The notes beneath the pieces were generated by a model. The model searched no databases and was not told the origin of the DNA. It worked only from the letters and a program-made list of their open reading frames with translations. From Phoronis australis (lineage: Eukaryota; Animalia; Phoronida), in contig NMRA01000042.1 of the NCBI GenBank assembly GCA_002633005.1, positions 890,388 through 954,387 of the forward strand: a stretch of 64,000 nucleotides of DNA, written 5' to 3'. Positions 12,119-24,289 of the stretch are shown here, in pieces (the first letter of the stretch is position 1; each line of letters opens with the position of its first letter). A program made the position numbers and the translations under genes.

Positions 12119-15100
12119 ATCTTTCACACAAAAGACTTCAGCCTCTGCAATTTATTTGATGCGTTTTAACACACCTTTTCTATCTTTTATTTTCTTTGAT
12201 GGTTGCTTTGTACCACAAAGCAGCAAAGCAGACACTCCCATGCATCAGACACTTTGTTTACACATCACCAAGTTATCTTTGATGTCAAAGGATGTTTACC
12301 AGATGAGAACCATCCCACAGATTTGAAAAATTTCAATAACACTGTGGATGAAACCCACCAGATTTTGATGTCTTTGAACACAACACTTGGAACTCAATTC
12401 ATATAATTACCAAGGTAATCCAACACACAGACATACTATACTTTACGTACATATTTACTCATCAAATTTCAGATGACTTCATTTCAACAGAACATTCTGT
12501 CTTATATCTAAGAATGTGACCTTTTTCTAGAAAGTTTAATCTTTTTTAACAGGGAAAAGTTTTCAAACTACAAAAATGCCTTTAGTTAAAAAATGTTCAG
12601 ACTTGCTTAAACTGCTTGGTGTGTCTCAACAGTTTATAGTTTTGTTACCTTGGATATTTTTCAGGAGGGGGGTGGAATTGTGGTGACTGGGGGAAGCGGG
12701 GGAGTGAGGATTTTTCCCCTCAACAAAAAAAAATCCTCTCTCATGAGGCACCGGCAACTTCCACCTCAGGTGAGCAAGGGGCCCAGGACCCTGTTAACAG
12801 ATCAAATTCCCCCCCAAAATCTAGCCCATAGTTCCCAACAGGTGTCAGTGCAAAATGATCAGAACAGCCGGTACTTACAAATATGGCTCTCAGCTAACAA
12901 AATAAACAAAACTTTGTACAAATTTCACATGATGTGAAATAACATACAGGTGAAATTGGTATCAAACATTGTAATAAAGTCTTAAAATACAGAGGCATTA
13001 ACAGACTTTGACAATAAACAGACACAGAAAGTACTTGAACTAAAACCTATTGTCATGGTTACAAAGTGGTACTCCTATAGTGTTTTATGGAATAAGCTGC
13101 ACATCTAAACAGAAGTCTGGCAAAAAGTCCCGTAGGCACTTTACAATGAAACCAATTAGAGCTCAAAAAGTATGCTGTTGGGAACCGCAAATATGTAGAT
13201 TACTTAGGAAATAAAAACAGAGAAATCAGACTACGGTTGAGAGAATCTGTTATCTTACAAAACAAGAACAAATTTATTGATAAAGACTAAAGTTGTATGA
13301 GAGCCCTGTAGACAGTAATGACTTAATTGACAGATGCTCTACAGCTGTTAACAACAGAAATAAGTCCAAAAAAGTGTCTTAATACACACACAACCGCAGT
13401 TTCTAGGAGACTTCCAAAGTAAAATTCTCCCAAATTCCTAGTATAAACCCCACTAAGCATGATTTTGAAACCTATCAAAAATTGGTCAGTTGAGCATCAC
13501 ATGTCTGTTGTCTAATTAACCATGACGGTTCCTCTACAAGAACAGGTAAATGATCTAAGCATGTTGCTAAGGAGATCTACTAGCTGCCACTGAAAATTGA
13601 GAAACAGTGTACAGACTGGCACCTAGCTCAAACAAAGTAAATGTCTCACTTCAGTTAGAAAACTCAGGAGATGACTGAAAGTTTACAGCAAAATCTTAAT
13701 AATTTGAATTTTCGAACAAAAATCATTACCAAAATGGCCCTTTTTCCTTTTTCAAAGGCTTCTACAATATTCCAAAATATTATCTGACGGAAGCTATTGT
13801 CCAAAACGTGTTAAGGCATTAACTAGGCACTCCATATCTTTCAAGCAAAAAATGTGAAAATCAAATTTCGTCCATATTGTGTCCTAAATTGGTAAGATTT
13901 TACCGTTCACAAATTATTGTACATTCTAAGAGCTACATACACACACTGTGCTTTTATGCATGAATGAAAACCTGTCAGAAAGCAACAGACGGTCTACAAT
14001 ATTAACACACCCAAAATATCAGAAACATTGATTAATTACTTCAGTTAAGCTTCATCAGAAAGCACAAAACACAAAAACTGCTCATTTTCCAGATCTCAAG
14101 TTGTTCGCCTCATTTCAAAAAGGAGTTTGCATGCTGTGCAGATTGTCAAATAATACGTCCTGTTTCCTGTCATTATTCCTGTCACAATGACGGGTGTTGA
14201 AAGAAGGATCAGGTAAACATCATCCTGTTCTTTCAACCCATTGTTTATTTTGGACTACCCATAATAAAGGCACATCTGCACAGCAGGGGTCTGACGAGTT
14301 CCCCAGGTTTTACTAGTTATACCTGATACCAGCTCTCCAGTGTTTTAAAACAAAACTCTGTTGTCAAGATGCAATGGCATACCAGAATGTGAACAGGTTA
14401 GTCATGGAACTTTAGCAACTGTAAGACACTTTTCGTCTACCCTTTTGAGGACAGAATTCATTTATATCACCCTTGAGAGAGCTTGCTAGATTCTGTAAAA
14501 ACCTAAAGTCAGCATTGCAAAAAGTCACTGGATAAATAGTTTTCCATCCATCAAAACATCTTCCCCGCCAGAGCCGCTATTGTTGTACACAAAGGGTTTT
14601 CACTCAAGTCTAATAAAATCTCACCTATTTCATGCAAAAATATGCCAAAAGTGTCCTTTTTTATTTTTCAAGGGTTTCTAGAACACTGAAACCCAACAAT
14701 TAAAACTTTGCTTTTATGTTAGCACTGGTACAAAACTTGAACATGGAATTTGATGGAAATGCATTTAATATGGTGTTACATATGTTGCGTTGAAAAAAAT
14801 AACATAAAATTTCACTTGTCGGACATGTTGGGCACTGAATTGAAGAGACTTAACTGCAGTATATAGAATGAACGGGAGGAAACCTGCACATGGCAAGCTG
14901 TACAGAATGTCCATATTCCACTTTGGCAACGACTGTGTAGTGAGACGTTATTCTACCTGTCTCACTGCTGCGCTGGTCTTCTGCCGCGCGGGCCCTCTGT
15001 CAGCATCGAAAGACAACTGTTGTTCCTCTAGGAGACTGCCTACGTTGGCTGTCCCGGACAATATGCTGGTCAATAAGGTTGCATCATAAATATTCTGCAG

Positions 15101-15454
15101 CCCTTCTGCGACGGATACACGTGCTGGGGTGTGGAGGGGCATTCCATAACCAGACCGCACACCAACCAGACATATTCACCCCAGACCACAGATAACCAGA
15201 ATATTACTCACTTAGATTTGACTACAGTTGTCCATTCACAAATTTTGACTTGGTTAGTTCTGAATCTGTCAGGGTACTTTTAAAATAGTTGTCGGTTAAT
15301 CGGAAGTTTATGGAATTCGGCTCAGCTCACCATAAGTCAATGCGAGTTGGCCAATATCAGGTCAAATATATAGCCTACAGCACAGTATGTTGAGCCCTGC
15401 ACTAATTTCCACTTTCAACTATTCGTTATCAAATGTAATCAACCCTCTACTCAC

Positions 15455-15872
15455 CAGCTAAAATCTGCATCACACCACCCACTCTGGCTATTGTCCGATT
15501 CACCAACTCTGAGATGCAGCACGCCAGCATTGATGTCAAAGCCACTAAAAATGTCAATCCAGCACCGGTCCCTACAATAATGCTGGCAATCTGCCAGGAT
15601 AAACTTGGAATGTCTTTGAATTCGGCATAACGTCCACATTCCTCAATAATCTCCACTTGTCCTGTCTCCGTTAATCGTGGATAGTTGCACCGTCTAAACG
15701 TACCAAAGTAAACAGTCGTGACATTGTTCGCCATTTTCCCTTCTAGCCAGTAAGGTAAGTAAAATCCACAAACGGAGAGTCCGCAACACACAAAGGAGAG
15801 CAACGACCACAGTACACCGACGCTGCTCAGACTTGAGCTCATCTTGTCCTTAGGTTTGTTTCGAGCAGACAT
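15455..15872 (-). CDS. LHFPL6: LHFPL6 first coding exon (ATG at 15872, or the conserved ATG at 15842)
   Basis: MSSSLSSVGVLWSLLSF...GFYLPYWL...FGTFRRCNYP...EECGRYAEFKDIPS.SWQI...ACCISELVNRTIARVGGVMQILAG matches recalled LHFP/LHFPL6 colinearly. Donor G|GTGAG at 15454. Pyrimidine-rich acceptor ttttattttcAG at 15908-15909 implies an upstream non-coding exon. Confidence 0.93.
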
Positions 15873-17217
15873 AAGTCGTGCTATTCAGTCACACGATCCA
15901 CAGGACACTGAAAATAAAAAATATTTGACATTTTTATAAGTACTGATATGACTACCATGACCTTTCACCTCTTCAAGTTGTGAAAGTGATCGGTTTTCAG
16001 GGTTATAATGCATTTCTTCAAAATGTCATTGAATGTTGAAAAAAATTAATAGCACAGACTTTCAATCATAAATCTTCAAGCTAACACGGAAATTGAAAAT
16101 ATGACTTTGGCACAACCATGAACAGATCACAACAGAGCGCAAGACTTATACCAGCCGTGCATTCAGTAATGCTAGGACCTACACTAGGACCTACACTCCA
16201 TGCCTGTTCTCAAAAATAATACATGGCAATGTCTTGGGTAATCTCGTGAAGTCTTGCCTTTTAGCGAGGGACTAGCACTACTGAAGGGAGGCTGGATACA
16301 ACACCAGCAAGAGAACCTTCAACAACCCAGCAGCCAATCCAAAGGGAGTGTCTTGGTGAATTCCTAGATCAACACTCACACCACACTGCTGCTATCAGAT
16401 GAAGACCAGACACTGGGGATACTTTCTGGAGCAGCTCAGATTTATGTGTGGTAGCACGCCTCTCATATAAGTATCACATTACCAAACAAAGAGGACTATA
16501 TTGGCAAACAATCAGCAAGAAGTAGAAACTGACCACCTATATTCTGGAGGCCATTACATGACAGCAGAAACAGGTCTAATAGTTATTTCTCTGTAATATG
16601 AGCAAACACCAAGAAAAGGTAGTCAAGAAAAAGTTAGTAAGTAAAGTTTCTAAGAAAATAACGGCCAAAATTATCAGTTTTTGATTTTTCAAATACTCAC
16701 TGTACTGCCAAATGTTCAAAATTACATCTTGCCTTGTTGAAATGCAGTTATACAATATGAAACTCTCAAATAAGTAAAGAAAAATTTATCTTTGTTAAGT
16801 CCTGTTGAAAATTTTGATAAAATACAATTTTACTGTTCTACCATATTGTGTTCTATCAGGAATAATAACAATGGGTAGGCATAACCAATAAACATATAAC
16901 ACAACAGCGATACTTTGTTTTCACGACAGTTCGCAAGGAATTTACAAAAAACCACTGGGAAATCCCACCACCATATATCCCATTTAAGAATGCTGAAGGC
17001 TGTCTACCAACTACTCAATCACCATTGAGCAACAAGGCATATTTCGTTACATCACTGACACATTGAAAAATGGCCATTAATGTAATAGCTGCAAATAGAT
17101 TAAAAATGAGGTGAATAGGGCACCAATAAACATCATCATAATCGTGATAAATTCCATGGTACCCAACATTATTGCATTAAGCAGGAACCATGCAGAACAA
17201 ATGAAAACATGCATATA

Positions 17218-17723
17218 AGGGTCTTTCATAACAACGTCAACGCGTCAATGTTTTGGGGAGTTGTGGTCAGTATGAATGCTCAACTTCGGTCCTGGATCGA
17301 AGTTAACAGCGCCAGTTAACTTTGCAGTAAACAGGTAGATTTAAGAGCAGAGCATCGACACTGCGAGGCAGTATGAACGGTGAACTTCGGTCCTATTGAA
17401 GTTATCACCAGATGCCACTGTTATCGTCAACAATTGCAGGGTAGTGTCGTCACTAATAGTTGCTTATATTTTGCTCTAATAATCACCAATCGAATTAAAA
17501 ATAAGTTTTATGTCAATTAAAACATGTAAATGTTCCCAAATTGTAACATTAAAAAAATCTGAGCGTGCAGCGCTACCTTGCGATTACTTCAATGACAACA
17601 GCGTCACCTGCCGTTTACTTCGAAGTTCGTTAACTACCGAAGCCAGTACGAACGATTTAGTTAACTTCACAGTTTACATCGACGCTCCGCTCAGACAGGA
17701 GTTCAGTCAGTATGAAAAGGCCT
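17218..17723 (+). mobile_element. ~505-bp PIF/Harbinger-like MITE (family A), full copy
   Basis: TIRs AGGGTCTTTCATA / TATGAAAAGGCCT; ATA duplicated on both sides; colinear with the 20236 copy. Confidence 0.85.
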
Positions 17724-20235
17724 ATAGACATGAATGAAAAATCATCGCCCTTTGAGCAAAGAATATACAAAATTTGAGTACAGATTTTATTATGTCAAAA
17801 TTTTCAATACAAGTAAAAAATAAGGACACTTCTAGCACATTATCAGCATGATACATGCTTGCTTGAAATGACCCAAAAACACAGCATCGGGTGAGCACCT
17901 ACCTGACTATTACATTGGAACATTCCATTTCGTATAATTGTGAGTTTTGAATGTTTTGATTTAAAATTTTTGCTATAACGAAATTAGGCATAGCCATAAC
18001 ACTTCTAGTTCTCTCTACATTTATACTGCGATTGGAACAACACCTCACAGGTGTTATGTCTGGCTTGATAAACTGTTTCCTTCTCATTTTATCTTAATTC
18101 GAAGTTGGCAATCTTTAATCCAAGGGAGCAATGTTCAATACACCAACCTACAGGCTAAGTGCTGAGCAGCAGTATCAAGTGTCATGGACATCAATGATGC
18201 CACTGGTTGTAAGGGCTGCACGAACATCAAAGAGTGGAAAGATGTGCAAACCGTACAGACTTAAAAAGTACCTTAGACAACAGGTGTTAGAAAAACGATC
18301 CACAGCATGTGGAGTATTTTGAGCACACAACGTCTTTAGGTTAGTTTACAAATATACTTTAATTATTGAGGGTTTCAAGTGTTTAACTTAACTTAGTGCC
18401 AATGTGAGTTTTGTTCTTTATAGTTCAGAGAACGCAATTAAAAATAAGTCTGTTTTCACTTTGGGTGGTCCCAACCTCAGTCAGCACTACACAGAAAATG
18501 AAAATGCCCAATCCACAACCAAACAATAAATACTGAAAATTATATCAGAGGTGGGAAAGAAAAAACGTTGAGCATGTACTGTATTTTTGTAAAATAATAC
18601 ATCCTTCTGAACTGAGATTTCGATATATTCTTTGCATGGTCAATATTTTCATTCCAACAAACTCCTTTGCTATAATAAGTTCATAAATAAAAGTGACCAC
18701 TGAAAGTCTGAAGAATTCTTCCCAGATGCTAGACCTGTTTGCACTGGAATCGTGTTTGCCCAAAGGATACCACACCCCTCCAGAAGCAGGGATTGCCCCG
18801 TCCAGAAGCGGGGATTACTCCCTATTACAGTCACTACCTGATGTCAGTACCTGACGTTAGCTGACACAGTGGAAAGGCACACACGTTTATTGGTCAGGTG
18901 AAAGGTTGAAGGGTTTAAACAAACAGTCCCTATCTTGTTCATTTTGACTGCTGGGCTCACAGTGTGATAGCAGACAGAACATAGATCGAACTAACATTGG
19001 CCTTCAATTTCCAAAACAGCCAGTTTCAGGCTCAGGTATCTGCTTATCACAAGGATCTCTACAGTCTGTATGAGAAGACATTCAGCTAAAACAACACATA
19101 CACCTCCAGTCACAGAGTATTTGATCATAACTTTAACTGAATACCCACTACTTAATTTGAATTGAAGCAATTATTCCACAAGGAAACCAATTATGAAATC
19201 TTTGACTTACCATAAGTGTCCACCAGTCTTTATTTTAACAATAACATTTTTTTCATGTTTACACTGGTCAATCGCCACACTTATGATGAATTTGCCCAGA
19301 AGCCTGGCCACAGGTTATAAATTAGTCCGTTACCTACAGTGTTGAAACTGCACCGAAGTTTGGAAGCTGATCACATGAATACAATGTTGTCATACAATCA
19401 TGTGATTTAGAGAAAGCATCATTGAATACAGCCATGGTGGAGAAAGTACTCAATACAGCAAGGGCCAAAGGCAAAACTGTTGATGACTGGGGTGGGATGA
19501 CGGGGGTTAAAACAAGTAGCACTATGCAATGAACAGAGAGCAAACATAATATTGAAATGAGCTTTGACAGTGGGAAATGCTTTTTTGCAATGAACAACAG
19601 GCTGTCATTGTTTTGCCCCTCCCGCCACTCCCAGTGAGCCCTTTCCCCCACCCTCCCTCTATTCCCCTTCTTGGCTCCGTCAGTGAGAACAAAGACAGCA
19701 CTAAGAAAATGCAAAATAAGCAGATTTATAACCTTTAACTCATTTACAAAATTTAGTATTTTATAAATCCCCAGATGTCAAACGTGGTAATAGAATGTTA
19801 TCAAGTGAACTTACCTAATATCAAGTTCGAATTAAAATTGAACACAAGAAAAAATACTTTCAAAACTTTAGTCCAAAACAAGAACATTGAGATCCCCGTT
19901 TGCCAAAACATCAAAGAACATTTGGATATATGACCCCTGTCAAATTCATTACGAAGTATTAATTTCATTTTCACAACTTGATTCCTGAATGGCAGCCTTA
20001 ATGGCTTAAAAAGGTGATGAATAGATCAAAAGGTTCCCTCTGTAATGAACACTATTACCTTCAACAAAGGGACATAATAACATTTAAGATTAAAAAACCT
20101 CTGAACAGGAAATTTATAGGGCCATACTATATCATTTTCAAACCACGTTAACAAATCTCAGCCAAGGCAAATCACCAATGAATGATTTCCATATCTTGAT
20201 TTTAACCACAGGACTTCCAAAGCTAAAATATCTTA

Positions 20236-20742
20236 AGGGCCTTTCATACTAACGTTGACACATCGATGGTTTGGGGAGTTGCTGTCAGTATGAACGCTTA
20301 ACTCCAGTCCTGGATCACAGTTAACAGCTCCAGTTAACAACGCAGTTAACAGGTGGATTTAAGACCGCAGCGTCGATCCTGCGGTGCAGTATGAACGCTT
20401 AATTCCGGTCCAATCGAAGTTATCGCCAGGTGCCACTGTTATCGTCAACAGTTACAGAGTAGTGCCATCACTAATAACTACTTATTTTTTGCTCTAATGA
20501 TAACCAATCGATTTAAAAATGAGCTTAATGTCATTTAGCACATTTAAATGTTCCTAAATTGTCACATTGAAAAAAATCTTAGCGTGCAGCGCTACCTTGC
20601 GATAACTTCGATGACGTCAGCGTCACCAATCCTTTACTTCGATGGTCATTAACTACCAACGCCAGTATGAACGGTCCAGTTAACTGCGCTGTTTACGTCG
20701 ACGCTCCGCTCAGACCGGAGTTAAGTCAATATGAAAGGGCCT
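20236..20742 (+). mobile_element. Family A MITE, full copy
   Basis: TIRs AGGGCCTTTCATAC / ATATGAAAGGGCCT; TTA TSD on both sides. Confidence 0.88.
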
Positions 20743-21883
20743 TTACACAATCATTACTAGTAAAAATCCTAACAGGGTGGCATGGTGTCTGTAAGAAATA
20801 AAATACTTAAACCAAACTTACCAGCTTTATTGGTTCAAGCAGTTTGATTTTTCGTAATCTACAAACAAACATGTTGGTAGGAAACTAAAGGTAATTTCTG
20901 CAAATCCTCATCTACGATTTGCATAAGGTACTGCAAATTGAAAACAAATAGTAGATGTTGGAGTGCCGTGCAGTTACCGACAGATAAAAATATAAAATAG
21001 TAAAACTAGTAAAACAAAAACGACGAGCGTCGGTACTAAAATATATCCAACATTCGCCATTTAAGTTTTACTAGTTTTACTATTTTGTAAATTGAAAAAA
21101 CATCGACGATCTGGGACCAATTGTATCAAAGATAGTTAAGTCTGGTCATAGCAAAGACAGTCACAGGCACATTAATGCAAATACATATGTATAAAGTTCA
21201 TCATTTTCCATGTNTTTTATGACTTTCTGTGTATGCTACTAATAAAGAACGCTAAAATCAGATAGATTCTCATCAAGTCTGTTGTCCACTGGGGCATTAA
21301 GACAATAGCCCACAAATTGATTAACACACATTTTGTCAGGAAACATATTTTGTGTGGTCCATCACCACCCTAATAACTGTTTTCACTCACGCTATCAGCC
21401 TGTGGCTGTTCTTGACTCACAAAATAGTGGTATTCTGAGAACAAAAACACTTTGAGGTGTTCAGACACATGCAGACAACTGCTGAATGAAAAAGGGAAAA
21501 CATAACAACAGTGAAGTCAATGTTCTGCAAAATTGCTTACAGGTGTATTGGTGTTAAATGAAAGTCAAACTGGCTGATATTTGTCATGCATTATGGTTGA
21601 CATTTTCCAAAAAACAGCCCAAGGCAGCCTGACATACATGACTTCAGACAAATACGTCATGTGATTCTTAGTAAATTAGGTTTGTTGAGATTACAAAACA
21701 TTGTTTAAACACTGTTTGGACTTTTGAATCAAGGTCAGTTTGAACTATTTAGTACATGACTCTGTGAAAAGATCATATTTGATCTTACCCTGCCATATTT
21801 ACCCAATACCCCATTTGTAAACATCTTGTTGTTCATGTCTCCATACACATAAGAAATTAACAAAATACAACATCAGAGAAGGA

Positions 21884-22508
21884 GCTGCAGTGGTCAACTT
21901 CGGTCTCACCGAAGTTATTGCCAGGGGCCACTGTTATCGTCAACAATTAAAGGGCAGTGCTGTCACTAATAGTTGCTTATATTTTGCTCCAATAATCACC
22001 AATCCAATTAGAAATAAGTTTCGTATCAATAAGCACATGTAACGGTTCTCAAATTGTCACACTGAAAACACGACTAAACTTTTTTGTTTGAAAGCTTGAT
22101 TCATAGTCGATCATAGTGTGAAAACAATTTCCTTTCTTCAGGTGTGCAGCTATGTAGCAAAACACAGAGAAACATAACAAACAAACAAATTAAAACACTA
22201 GCTATATTTTGAGACTTTACATCTCACCATCAGGCAATAAGTGAAATGAACACATACGTAGCTCGAAATAAACAGTTTAGTCGTGTTTTTAACGTTTGTG
22301 TTAATGAAAGTCTGTTACGTATTGTCACGTATCTTAGCGTGCACGGGATGCATCAGCAATACCTTGCGATTACTTTGATGACAAAAGCGCCACCTACTGT
22401 TTACTTCGATGCCGTGAACTACTGAAGTTGGTATGAACGATTCAATTAATTTCGCAGGTTACTTTGACACCCTGCTCATACCGGAGTTAAGTTAGTATGA
22501 AAGGGACT
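21884..22508 (+). mobile_element. Family A MITE, 5'-truncated, with a nested 260-bp insertion (duplicate at ~25635-26356)
   Basis: Matches the right part of family A through GTATGAAAGGGACT; interrupted at 22061-22320. Confidence 0.75.
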
Positions 22509-23588
22509 TTTTATTCACTAGCACCTGGTGAATCTATAATTTCCTGTTGGAATCAAAATCGGACATAACAGCAAAATTTCTTAAAGGTGCTAAGCATACC
22601 CTATACTAATAATTACTCTGAGGTAGAATTTGGGCATGGGACCAGCCAATACCCTTTCAGCACACCCTGCAAAAATGTCTATCTACAATTACCAAGTTGC
22701 TGACTTCCAGTCATTACCAATGAAGATTAATGTTTTGCCTAAGCTGGAAAACCACTTCTTATTTGAGTAAGTTAGAAGTCCAAACTACACAGTAAATTAT
22801 CAAGTTCCAAAAGTTGGTGTTCAGAGAACTATCCCACCTCTAAGTGTGTCCTACTTATCATATTTACTTGTCCCACGTGAAACACAAATCAGTTTATTGT
22901 CAGTTGATTCATCATTTATATCTCTCATATAACAAGACAAAGAGTTTCTCCCACACCTTTAAGCCACTGGAATAAATTGATAATATTCACCACCATGATT
23001 AATTTGTGCATGATCGTGAGGGTAAAAGCATGGTAATTCCCAAGTACAGTAATAAAATACCCTAAAATGGAAAACTATCAGTCTACATTTTGAAGCCAAC
23101 TCATCAGCAACGACATCCACAATATATCAAAGTGGAGGACAATGTTAAAGAATGTCCATTTATTCTATACTACTGTTCGTTAACCTGTGTTCATTGTTTC
23201 ATTACAGATACCTATGTAAACGTGATTCGGTATTGTTGAAGAAATAAAGGAACCACTTCTGATACAAAGACTCTTGTATAGTTATCTAGATATAGCTTTA
23301 TCTTAACATTGACACCTTAGGTAAATAGTCTACTACAATATTGGGTCTATGGTTTGGACAATTTTACAGTTCGGAACAGTGAAAATTTAACTATTTTGTT
23401 CAAGCTAGTAACCATTATTGGTTCCTAGGTTCAAGGTTAGAGCTTGTATCAATTTATAATATTGGCCGTTCCAAATTCAAGAATTACAATTAGCAACAAG
23501 TGATCATTCACCTCCCAGTAGACGGCCCACTCAACCTGTACATACCAAAGCTACTGAACTATTGTGCACAGTCACTTCATTCTAGATG

Positions 23589-24289
23589 CAGTGGCGGATC
23601 TAGGATATCACAAGGGGGGGCCCAACATTTTGTCCGGCTGGAAGCATTTGCGCAAACTGAACCACGATTGTAGATGCGCATAGCACCGAATGGGGGGAGG
23701 TCGGGGCAAACCCCCCTCCCGCCCAGGAAATTTTTCTGTTTTTACCTCTAAAAATCAAGCATTTGCCTTGATTCCTGAAGTATTATCCAAGAAAAAAAGG
23801 CAAAAAAAACACGGAGAACGTGTCAAACAGGAAAAAAATGCAAGTGTCAAAGACTCAAACTCACGACCTAGAGGATTGAGCGCGCGTACGTTACCACTAC
23901 ACCACCACGATTTCACTACAATTGTTACACTAAAAGACTTACTTGTTTATGGGCCACAGCGTTTGCGCGCGTAACCTACTTCTTTTTGTAATGCTTATTA
24001 TACGATTTATATTTTGTGCCATCAATTCTTAATAAATTTGTCGTATTTGAAATAGTCTTCAAATGCCCAAAAAAAGACCAAATCCATTTTTCGTGTTGGC
24101 AATAATGACGGGATTGCTTTGGAAACCGTCTTAAGATAAGGTTTGACAAAGAGAGTATTGCGAGTTTCTGAGTGATTCACTAAGGCTTCGATTAAAATTC
24201 ACATCTTACCAGCAGCTTCTGTTTTTTCATCGCCACTCAGGTTCCATTTTCTTTAAAAAATGAAGTAAATTTTCTTCATTGTACAGTGG
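23589..24289 (+). mobile_element. Left part of a hAT-like non-autonomous DNA transposon, truncated at an N
   Basis: Starts CAGTGGCGGATCTAGG exactly where copy A departs from copy B (after TCTAGATG); CpG-rich. Confidence 0.6.

Noticed and set aside
19334-19714. 126-aa minus-strand ORF with a hydrophobic stretch
   Set aside because: No ATG start (TTG), no recognisable domain, no linked exons; consistent with a chance intronic ORF.
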